Shown: one piece after another, positions 56,984-64,000 of the stretch | Numbering within the stretch: position 1 is the first letter of the stretch | How the letters are laid out: each line of letters starts with the position of its first letter | Source: an uncultured Actinomycetes bacterium | GTDB taxonomy: Bacteria; Actinomycetota; UBA4738; HRBIN12 | Reading direction: 5' to 3' | Assembly: GCA_963704885.1 (NCBI GenBank) | Contig: CAVPIB010000007.1 | Span: 201,975 to 265,974 of the forward strand | Length of the DNA: 64,000 bases | Notes under the pieces: model-generated | Seen by the model: the letters and a program-made list of their open reading frames with translations, nothing else | Told to the model about the DNA's origin: nothing | Database searches by the model: none | Translations under genes and position numbers: made by a program

Positions 56984-58918
56984 CTACGTTCCTGTCAGCG
57001 AGAAGTGCATGTAGTCCTTGATCGAGCGCCAGTCGCCGCCCCAGCTCCAACCGATCGCGGCGAACGATCGCACCACTACGTCGCCCGGATGGATCATGCC
57101 GCGCTGGTTCCGCGAGCGATCGCGGTACGGGGCCGCGGCGCGGCGCAGCACGGTTCCGTCGCCGCGCACGTACGGGTTGTGCAGGGGGTTGATGTCGATG
57201 GCCCAACCGTATGAGTGTTGTGAGAGCGCCCCCTCGTTCTCCGTCGCCGGCCGGCAGTTGAATGCGGCGGTGACGTTTCGGGTGCTGAACCAGTCGATAG
57301 GACGTTGCGGGCGGTACCGAGCCGGGAGCGCTATCCGGAAGATGCGGAAGCGAGCGTCGAAGAGCCGTGCGAACACCGACCGAACGTCGGCGGCGACGCT
57401 CTCGTTCACGACGAGCGGTCCGCGACGCTCCGAGCCGTCGAAACCCCAATAGTCCACGGTGAGGACCCGTAGATCCTCGATCGGCACGGGGCAACCGGCG
57501 TGCCAGTTGCGCCCGACCAGCTGACGGCGGAGCTCGGGTCCGATCACCGAGATGCGTCCCGAGAACCGAGGCGCAGGCTCGGCAACCGAGAGCTTGGTCA
57601 AGGTGCCGAGCGCCGGACCATCCACGGTCAGCTCGTCGCCCCCGGTGATCACCAGCGGACCGGATCCGAGTTCGTGTCCGTCGATCGTGGCGCCAGGCCC
57701 CGACGCTCGCAGCCGGAGCGACGTCAGGCCGCTCGCGACCTCCACGTGGATCAACCCCGGTTCCGGGTACGGCGACGGGCGGAGGCCTCCGTAGTAGAAG
57801 GCCAGGATGCGTGCGGCGGGCCAGCCGCGCAGCGCCTTGCCGTAGGCGCCCCACTGGACCATGCCGACACCGTGGCCCCAGCCTCTGCCGGTGATGACCG
57901 CAGAACCATGCGAGGACCTCGCGTTCATCCACCGCGAGGGGATCGTGACGGGAAGGGCGCCGGGCGGGTAGCGGGCCGGCTCCAGGCACGGCCCCCATGT
58001 GTTCACGGCGGCTCGGAATCCGCTGCCGTCGATCACGTGCGCCAGGCCGCCGCCGTCCGTCACCGTCACGCTCGAGCCGTCTCCGTAGACGCCCGCGATC
58101 CTGCGATCGCCCGGCCACGCGCCGGCGCGCGACAGGAACGTCGCCAGGTCGCGGAAGCCGATCCCGACCTCCCATCGCGAGGTCGGCGACGCTCCATCGT
58201 CGCGCTCGATCACCGGGCGCAGGTAGGGCAGCGGCGCGCTCCCGAACACATCCTCGTTGCCATACGTCCGGCCGTTCGAGGTGGAGGAGTAGACGGTGTC
58301 GGCAGGTCGCCCCTCGAAGAGCAGGACCTGACCCGTGGTGCGTCGGACCGCCGCGTGCCATCTGGCGATCCCCGTCACCGGCTCGACCGGGATGCCGCGG
58401 TAGACCTGGCACGAGGTGGTCGAGCAGATCGGCGTGTCCAGCGTCTCGCCCTGCTGGCCGTTCCACCCCGTGGTGGCCAGAGCGTAGCTGCGAGCGGCGA
58501 TCGCCTGTGCCTCGAGCGCCGCCACCGGCCACGAGGGAGGTACTTCCGCGATGCCCTGCAGGTATGCCTCGAACGGGAGCGTGACGGTGAGCGACAACGT
58601 GCCGTCGTCGGCCAGGCGCACCGCGAGGGTGCCCGGGTACCGGGCCAGGAGCCTCGGCTGCTCGAAGTCCTCACAGCTCGACTGGGCCCAGGGGTAGGCG
58701 CCGCGCACCAGGAACGAGCCCGCGCTCGGCGGCCTGACCCGGATGTTGCCGGTGGCGCCCAGCGGTGGGGGAGCCTCAGACGGCGAGTCGGAGGCATCTG
58801 CTGAGGTCGCCGGCGACGGAGCGGCGGTCCCGGAGGACGACGGCGCCGACGCGGTGCACGCGGTCGACACCAGGAGGATGGCCACGACCGGGAGGGCGAA
58901 CCGGGATGGCGCCACCAC
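56984..58918 (-). CDS. lipoprotein fusing a SpoIID/LytB domain to a C-terminal M15-family (VanY/D-Ala-D-Ala carboxypeptidase-like) peptidase domain
   Basis: Lipobox LLVSTAC. SpoIID motif EAQAIAARSYALATTGW...YSSTSNGRT. M15 motifs SQHSYGWAIDINP and DYMHFS. Confidence 0.85.
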   Translation of the reverse strand: MVAPSRFALPVVAILLVSTACTASAPSSSGTAAPSPATSADASDSPSEAPPPLGATGNIRVRPPSAGSFLVRGAYPWAQSSCEDFEQPRLLARYPGTLAVRLADDGTLSLTVTLPFEAYLQGIAEVPPSWPVAALEAQAIAARSYALATTGWNGQQGETLDTPICSTTSCQVYRGIPVEPVTGIARWHAAVRRTTGQVLLFEGRPADTVYSSTSNGRTYGNEDVFGSAPLPYLRPVIERDDGASPTSRWEVGIGFRDLATFLSRAGAWPGDRRIAGVYGDGSSVTVTDGGGLAHVIDGSGFRAAVNTWGPCLEPARYPPGALPVTIPSRWMNARSSHGSAVITGRGWGHGVGMVQWGAYGKALRGWPAARILAFYYGGLRPSPYPEPGLIHVEVASGLTSLRLRASGPGATIDGHELGSGPLVITGGDELTVDGPALGTLTKLSVAEPAPRFSGRISVIGPELRRQLVGRNWHAGCPVPIEDLRVLTVDYWGFDGSERRGPLVVNESVAADVRSVFARLFDARFRIFRIALPARYRPQRPIDWFSTRNVTAAFNCRPATENEGALSQHSYGWAIDINPLHNPYVRGDGTVLRRAAAPYRDRSRNQRGMIHPGDVVVRSFAAIGWSWGGDWRSIKDYMHFSLTGT

Positions 58919-58974
58919 GCCAGGATACGCCCGACCCCGATCAGCTCTTGCTGCCGCTTGGGCCGCGACTCCCT

Positions 58975-59012
58975 TAGAAAGGGCCGGCCGCTGGAGAAAG
59001 GGCCGGCCGCTG
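58975..59012. repeat. perfect 19-bp tandem direct repeat x2 (AGAAAGGGCCGGCCGCTGG), each with a GGCCGGCC palindrome, immediately 3' of vapC
   Basis: Read directly from the sequence. Confidence 0.6.
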
Positions 59013-59014
59013 GC

Positions 59015-59404
59015 TTATCTGAGCACCCTCATCTCGAGCCCGGGGAGTCCGCCGAAGCCCCGATCGTCCGCCGTGACCAGGATCCGGGCCGTGCTGACGG
59101 CGGTCGCGGCGATGATCAGATCGTGCGCGCCGCGTGGTCGGCCGTCGCGGCGCGTGGCCCCCAGGAGCGCCGCGTGCGACCTCGCGGTATCGAGCGTGTA
59201 GTCCTCCACCTTCAGGGTGTCGAGCACACCCTCGACGAACGTCGCTCGGCGAGCGCGGTGGCGAGACGTCGCCAGCTCCACCCCCACGAGCAGTTCCGCG
59301 ACGGTGACAGCGGCGATCGCGACGTCGTCGTCGTCCGCGATCACTTCATCGAGCCGAGCGCGCGAGCGCTCCGCCGAGATCAGCACGGTCGTATCAAGGA
59401 TCAA
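59015..59404 (-). CDS. vapC: PIN-domain ribonuclease toxin VapC
   Basis: MILDTTVLISAER..., acidic residues D5, E, D...D, and a C-terminal TADDRGF. Confidence 0.85.
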   Translation of the reverse strand: MILDTTVLISAERSRARLDEVIADDDDVAIAAVTVAELLVGVELATSRHRARRATFVEGVLDTLKVEDYTLDTARSHAALLGATRRDGRPRGAHDLIIAATAVSTARILVTADDRGFGGLPGLEMRVLR

Positions 59405-59652
59405 TCGGTCCAGTTGCGCTCCTCGGCGATCGACCCTGCGCGCAGCTCTGCCAGTTGGGTAGACCAGTTGCCGTCCACACGGTGGCTCACCAAGAAGTCC
59501 TTAGCTGCCCGACCCGACGCTGACGCCGCCGGCACGAGGTGCGCGATCGGGTGCCCGCGCCGCACGATCGCGAACGACTCGCCTCGATGCTCGACGGCAT
59601 CTAGAACGTCCGAGAAGCGTCGAGCAGCGGTCGTGGCTGAGATGTCCCTCAT
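59401..59652 (-). CDS. vapB: type II antitoxin VapB (Phd/YefM-like)
   Basis: MRDISATTAARRFSDVLDAVEHRGESFAIVRRGHPIAHLVP. Four-bp overlap with vapC. Confidence 0.75.
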   Translation of the reverse strand: MRDISATTAARRFSDVLDAVEHRGESFAIVRRGHPIAHLVPAASASGRAAKDFLVSHRVDGNWSTQLAELRAGSIAEERNWTD

Positions 59653-59835
59653 AGGAGTCAGATTATCAGAGTGAGGGCTCCCGTCCACGTACCGACCTTA
59701 CCGAGTGGCTCAGACACGGGTTCCTCGATCGACGAGATCGCGACGAGCAGAAGGGCCGGTCCGAAGACCGGCCCTTCGATGCCCATGGGGGACCTGTGCG
59801 AGTCGATCCTCGCGCTGGATCCGCCCGGTGTGACG

Positions 59836-60873
59836 TCAGACCAGCGGCACTACCGCCGTTTCTCCGGGGATGAGAGCGGAGACGACCACGAACACACCGG
59901 AGTCGTTCTCTGCGGCGGCCATCGGCATGGTCAGGCCGGTCGCCGCCTCGGTGCACGTCCACGTGGTCGGGTCGCACGCGTTCACCGTTCCACCCGCCAT
60001 CGCGCTCGGGAGGACCTCGACCGCGAACCAGCTGGCTTCGTCCAGCTCGACGACGTAGGCGGTACCGTCGGCCCCGAACGTGAGGTCGACGATCGACGTG
60101 AACCCGTCGGCGACGACGGTGCACGGTGAACCGACGGCGTCGGGGTCACAGTGCTCATGCCGCGTGCCGGGCTCGATCCGCCAGACGCGAGACTCACCGG
60201 TCGGTGCGGGGAATCCCTTCAGCTCCGTGACGTAGTAGGCGCCGTCGGGACCGATCGCCGCGCTCGTGGCAACCGCCTGCGCCGGGATCTGGTCCGGTAG
60301 GTCGCAGATCTCGGCCAGCTCCGGCGGCGCGTCGGGGCATCCGGCCAGCGTCTTCGCGTTCGCTGTCGACACGAGCTCGTCGGGCAACGTCGCGATCCAG
60401 TTGACCCCACCACGCCTGTTCGCGATGAGCAGCGCGTTGGCGCCCGCGTCGGCGATCAGGGCGCGCTTGGTGCCCAGTGCGGTCACGTCGAAGGGATTCG
60501 AGTCGACCTCGCCCCCATCGGGGTTGACGATCCGCTCGAACTTGCCGAGGCCGGCCAGGAAGCGGGGCGTCCCGTGCACGACCTTGAAGAGCTTCCTGCC
60601 GGCGATGGCCCACATCCAACCGGGCCGTACCGGAGCGATATCCGTGACCCGCGGCAACTCGGCGATGAGCTGCCCCTCGCCGGCCTGAAGCCGAACGATA
60701 CCGGCGCCGCTGTCGGCAGCGAACAGGACGTCCCCCGGCCCGGCCGCCAACCCGAAGACCGGACCCGCGAACTCATACGCCGCGCCCGCCGTCGCGGACG
60801 GGGCGAACCCTGCCGTCACGGCGGCTACCAACAACAGAACGGTCAACATGCGGCCTGACGATCGATGCTTCAT
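59836..60873 (-). CDS. secreted hypothetical protein, probable beta-propeller (ScyD/ScyE-like family)
   Basis: Signal peptide MKHRSSGRMLTVLLLVAAVTAGFAPSATA; repeated Gly/Asp-rich strands; Cys pairs near the C-terminus. Confidence 0.55.
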   Translation of the reverse strand: MKHRSSGRMLTVLLLVAAVTAGFAPSATAGAAYEFAGPVFGLAAGPGDVLFAADSGAGIVRLQAGEGQLIAELPRVTDIAPVRPGWMWAIAGRKLFKVVHGTPRFLAGLGKFERIVNPDGGEVDSNPFDVTALGTKRALIADAGANALLIANRRGGVNWIATLPDELVSTANAKTLAGCPDAPPELAEICDLPDQIPAQAVATSAAIGPDGAYYVTELKGFPAPTGESRVWRIEPGTRHEHCDPDAVGSPCTVVADGFTSIVDLTFGADGTAYVVELDEASWFAVEVLPSAMAGGTVNACDPTTWTCTEAATGLTMPMAAAENDSGVFVVVSALIPGETAVVPLV

Positions 60874-61264
60874 CCGAGCCCCTCCCCTTAGATCCTCGAT
60901 GATGTGCGAACGCTGTGTATCAGCACTGCCTCTGTCGGTCAACCCGCGCAGAACGGACCGGACCCGGTGTGGGTCCGGTCCGTTCGTCTGCTTGTCCCCT
61001 CACGAGCGCTTCGGACTCTTGCGAGGCCTCGTCCGGTAGACCAGCCGGAACCCGTGAGGTCGGTGAGATGGTTGGATTCTGCCGGTCTCCCGGCGAGCGG
61101 GCGAGGTGGTGAGCCCCGGCCCGCGAGGGATGGCTCAGCAGCCACTCACCTCGAGGGTCGCCTGCTGTCTATGCAAGTTGGACCACCTCCTTCCTCTCGT
61201 GCCGCACATCCTGCGGCAGTCCTGGCGGGAAGGCAACAACGAAAGCTGTCGTTATGGTTCGTGT

Positions 61265-62263
61265 ATGAAAGCCGCTGTTCACACCCGGTACGGTCCGCCG
61301 GACGTGGTTCGGATCGCGGAAGTTGAGAAGCCGACGGCCGTGGACCACGAGGTGCTCGTCAAGGTTCACGCGACCACGGTGAATCGGACGGACTGTGGCT
61401 TCCTGGCGGGCAAGCCTTTCATCGTTCGGTTCTTCAGCGGACTCCTCCGGCCGAAGGCCACGGTCCTCGGGTGTGAGTTCGCGGGGGTCGTCGAGGCGGT
61501 CGGCGGAGGTGTCACGTCCTTCGAGGTCGGCGACGAGGTGTTCGGATTCAGCGAGTGGCGGTTCGGTGGTCAGGCCGAGTACCTGACGATGCCCGAAGGC
61601 GACTCGATCGCGACGATGCCGGCGAACGTGACCTACGAGGAGGCCGCTGCCAGCACCGAGGGATCGCACTATGCGCTGTCGTTCATCACGAAGGCCAAGA
61701 TCCGGAGCGGGCAAGACGTGCTCGTCAACGGCGCGACCGGAGCGATCGGCACGGCGGCGGTGCAGCTCCTGAAGCGACTCGGTGCCGTGGTGACCGCGGT
61801 CTGCGGCAGGGAGCACATGGAGATGGTGCGGGGCTTGGGCGCCGATAGGGTGATCGACTACACGGCCGAGGACTTCACGAATGACGAGCAAACGTACGAC
61901 GTGGTCCTGGACGCGGTCGGCAAGAGCTCGTTCGGTCGCTGCAAGCGCCTGTTGAAACCGGGCGGGATCTACCTCTCATCGGACCTGGGTCTCCTTGCCC
62001 AGAACCCGATCCTGGCGCTCGTCACCCGGCTCTCCCGGGGGAAGAAGGTCGTGTTCCCCATCCCGCCGAGGTACGACCAGGCGCGGGTGAACGGCTTCAA
62101 GGCGATGCTCGAGGCGGGGGAGTTCAAGCCGGTCATCGACAGGCGGTACGACCTGGACCAGATCGTCGAGGCCTATAGGTACGTCGAGGCCGGGCAGAAG
62201 GTCGGCAACGTCGTGATCATCGTCGATCCCGATCAGAGGTCAAGCCAGATGCGGAGAGCTTGA
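61265..62263 (+). CDS. zinc-type alcohol dehydrogenase / MDR-family NAD(P)-dependent oxidoreductase
   Basis: MKAAVHTRYGPPDVVRIAEVEKP, GxGxxG-like NGATGAIGTAAVQL, and C-terminal VGNVVI. The upstream part of the track ORF is non-coding. Confidence 0.85.
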   Translation: MKAAVHTRYGPPDVVRIAEVEKPTAVDHEVLVKVHATTVNRTDCGFLAGKPFIVRFFSGLLRPKATVLGCEFAGVVEAVGGGVTSFEVGDEVFGFSEWRFGGQAEYLTMPEGDSIATMPANVTYEEAAASTEGSHYALSFITKAKIRSGQDVLVNGATGAIGTAAVQLLKRLGAVVTAVCGREHMEMVRGLGADRVIDYTAEDFTNDEQTYDVVLDAVGKSSFGRCKRLLKPGGIYLSSDLGLLAQNPILALVTRLSRGKKVVFPIPPRYDQARVNGFKAMLEAGEFKPVIDRRYDLDQIVEAYRYVEAGQKVGNVVIIVDPDQRSSQMRRA

Positions 62264-62266
62264 CCC

Positions 62267-62887
62267 TCAACGGCCACGGATGAAGGCGAACCTCGCACGG
62301 CGCGTCGCGGCCGTCTCGACGTGGATGAACCCGGCCTCCCTCATCATCGGGGCCAGCTTGTCCACGATGTCCTCCCCGTGGGTATGGCCGACCAACGAGA
62401 GGAGATGGCCGAGCGGGGAATGGCTCTCCGTCGCGAGGTCCATCGCCAGGAAACGGCCGCTGGGCTTGAGGACCCGCCGTACCTCCGCGATGCCGGCGCG
62501 TTTGAGGTCATCCGGCAGGTGGTGGAGCATCAGGCTGCTCGTCACCAGGTCGAAGGAATCGTCCGGGAACGGGAGCGCCTCGATAAGGGCCACCTGGAAG
62601 TCGATCCCGAGGCCACCCTTGGCCGACTTCTTCTTGGCGACATCGATCATCTCGGGCGAGGCATCGATGCCGCGCACGTCGCCCGGGGCGACCTTCGCTT
62701 GGAGAACGATCGCGAGCGTTCCGGTGCCGCAACCCACATCGAGCACGTCCTCGCCGGGCGACGGTGCGGCCAGCCGGATGAGTTCGTCTCGCCCGAACGA
62801 GATCTTCCGACTGAACAGGTCGTACATGCGCGCCCGGCGGATGACCATGCCCCTCGTTCCCGGGGTATCGGCGGTCTCGTTATGCAT
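62267..62887 (-). CDS. class I SAM-dependent methyltransferase (Methyltransf_11-like)
   Basis: VLDVGCGTG motif I and LKPSGRFLAMD motif. Start assigned at the Met of MHNETADTPG (62887). Confidence 0.85.
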   Translation of the reverse strand: MHNETADTPGTRGMVIRRARMYDLFSRKISFGRDELIRLAAPSPGEDVLDVGCGTGTLAIVLQAKVAPGDVRGIDASPEMIDVAKKKSAKGGLGIDFQVALIEALPFPDDSFDLVTSSLMLHHLPDDLKRAGIAEVRRVLKPSGRFLAMDLATESHSPLGHLLSLVGHTHGEDIVDKLAPMMREAGFIHVETAATRRARFAFIRGR

Positions 62888-62927
62888 CCTGTGAGCGCCT
62901 CCTTCCTCGAGTCTATTCGAGCGATCA

Positions 62928-63045
62928 TCCGAACGGATCGCGCACGTCGATGGCGTCGAACCGGCGGAAGTCCCGGTCGTGCGTCCAGATGGTGCGGACA
63001 CCGTTCTGGTGCATCAGCGCCACGATGTGCGCATCAGGGACCAGG
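62928..63045 (-). pseudogene. 3' fragment of a PIN-domain (vapC-like) gene
   Basis: DAHIVALMHQNGVRTIWTHDRDFRRFDAIDVRDPFG matches a VapC C-terminus. The upstream frame is junk overlapping the nitroreductase gene, and no N-terminal PIN part is present. Confidence 0.4.
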
Positions 63046-63079
63046 TTCTCGCGCACCGAGGCATCCGTCGATGTTCTAC

Positions 63080-63595
63080 TCACCAACGCTCGCGATGGAC
63101 GACGTCGTCGAACGGACGCCGGTCGGGTTGGACGATCGGTGAGAGCGGGCGACCGGCCGGATAGCCGAACGCGACGAGGCCCACGCAGAAGCGATCCTCG
63201 GGGAGGCTCAGGACCTTCCGGGCGAGCACTTGATCGTCCAGCGCCGCGTGGCAGCTCCCGATGCCGAGATCGGCCGCTGCGAGCATCATGCTCATCGTCG
63301 CCTGACCCATGTCGTAGAAGATCCAGTCGCGCGAGTCCTGGTCGGCGGGGATGGGCGCCACGAGGACGATCGTCGCGGCCGACCCCGCGATGTGCCGCGC
63401 GTAGCGCCACGTCTCGGCGAGCTGTCGGAGGGTCTCACGCTCGGTGCACACAACGAAGTCCCATGGCTGTTCGTTCATCGAGGAGGGCGTACGCCGCGCG
63501 GCCTCCAGGATCCGCTCCAGGTCCTCCAGCGGGATCGGCCGATCCTGGTACTCCCGCACGTTCCGCCTGGCACGGATCGGATCCCACGTCTCCAC
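63080..63595 (-). CDS. nitroreductase family protein
   Basis: RRNVREYQDRPIPLEDLERILEAARRTPSSMNEQPWDFVV, then a core of the NfsB/FRP-like fold; 171 aa. Confidence 0.85.
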   Translation of the reverse strand: METWDPIRARRNVREYQDRPIPLEDLERILEAARRTPSSMNEQPWDFVVCTERETLRQLAETWRYARHIAGSAATIVLVAPIPADQDSRDWIFYDMGQATMSMMLAAADLGIGSCHAALDDQVLARKVLSLPEDRFCVGLVAFGYPAGRPLSPIVQPDRRPFDDVVHRERW

Positions 63596-63641
63596 GGCGC
63601 CACGTTAACCTGGGCCGCTCGCCTCCGCGCGAGCCAGGTCC

Positions 63642-64000
63642 TCAGCGAGGCTGGGTCGCGCCGGGTGTCAACACCTCGAGTCCCAGTGCGGACGCTGCAT
63701 GGGCTTGTCGGACGTCGTAGGTGATCACCGGGCCCACGTCGGGGCGCAGCGAGAGCGCGGTCGCCAGGTGGATCGCATCGAGCGTCCTGAGGTCTTTCGG
63801 ACCGAGGGTCGCCGCTTCACGCAGGATGGCGTCGTCGATCGGGACCAGAGCGATGCCGTCCAGGATCCGCTCGGCGCGCGCCGCCGACCGGCCGGCTCGA
63901 CGGGTGGCGATCACCACCTCGGTCCACGCGATGTGGCTCGAGACGACCTCCGGATCCGTATGGAGGGCCTGGACCAACTCGGCCGTCTCCGGCTCACTTA
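63642..64000 (-). CDS. PIN-domain (VapC-like) protein, partial; N-terminus lies beyond the window end
   Basis: LRTLDAIHLATAL...VITYDVRQAHAASALGLEVLTP C-terminal PIN motifs. The reading frame stays open to position 64000. Confidence 0.65.
   Translation of the reverse strand, partial: SEPETAELVQALHTDPEVVSSHIAWTEVVIATRRAGRSAARAERILDGIALVPIDDAILREAATLGPKDLRTLDAIHLATALSLRPDVGPVITYDVRQAHAASALGLEVLTPGATQPR

Noticed and set aside
58975-59012. Possible CRISPR array (also at 20361-20722 and 2096-2135)
   Set aside because: These are simple two-copy tandem duplications with no spacer structure or repeat-spacer periodicity, and no cas genes nearby.
58958-59674. 238-aa plus-strand ORF
   Set aside because: Antisense to the vapBC pair, which has clear PIN and antitoxin signatures on the minus strand.

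Overview
This window is a high-GC (about 70%) actinobacterial-type chromosome segment with roughly 60 genes. The lineage call rests on typical lineage genes: an F420/Ddn-type deazaflavin nitroreductase, MmpL, a zinc-finger anti-sigma factor, vapBC, and a mycobacterial-style cyclase-ATPase-TPR protein.

Intact content, in order:
- An ECF sigma factor, a zinc-finger anti-sigma factor and a MerT-like membrane protein in one operon.
- A VIT1/CCC1 transporter with a ferritin-like N-terminal domain.
- A divergent TetR / MmpL pair with a palindromic operator between them.
- A CaCA antiporter, three universal-stress-protein (USP) genes (two of them tandem membrane-anchored paralogs), and a type-II P-type ATPase.
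- A lipoprotein plus cupredoxin operon whose 5' end carries a 181-bp tandem duplication.
- A potDBCA-like polyamine ABC importer next to a PuuA-like glutamine synthetase, an SDR and a DSD1/alanine-racemase-fold enzyme.
- A 5'-3' exonuclease, a Ddn-type nitroreductase, two divergent acyltransferase-3 paralogs flanking a membrane protein, and a GYD protein.
- An HD hydrolase followed by a 1459-aa Zn-ribbon / class-III cyclase / STAND-ATPase / TPR protein with an unassigned C-terminal region.
- A sulfide:quinone-oxidoreductase-type flavoprotein, a DUF1345 membrane protein, an EamA transporter, a cupin, a SpoIID-M15 peptidase fusion lipoprotein, a vapBC toxin-antitoxin pair, an MDR-family dehydrogenase, a methyltransferase and a nitroreductase.

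Interleaved with these are three islands in which essentially every gene is broken by frameshifts or truncation, while neighbouring long genes, including a 4.4-kb ORF, are intact:
- 8.3-11.0 kb: a DASS/ArsB-type permease fragment and a pntA gene with a frameshift and an internal deletion.
- 28.1-37.7 kb: a three-frame hypothetical gene, a GntR regulator, a VOC/glyoxalase, 2-oxoacid dehydrogenase E1 alpha and beta, split transketolase tktA/tktB, gcvT and an SDR.
- 51.2-55.7 kb: two tandem SulP-STAS-cNMP-binding transporter paralogs.

This pattern points to genuine local pseudogenisation (genome decay) rather than uniform sequencing error, but read-level checking is needed.

No rRNA, tRNA, CRISPR array or obvious transposase was found.
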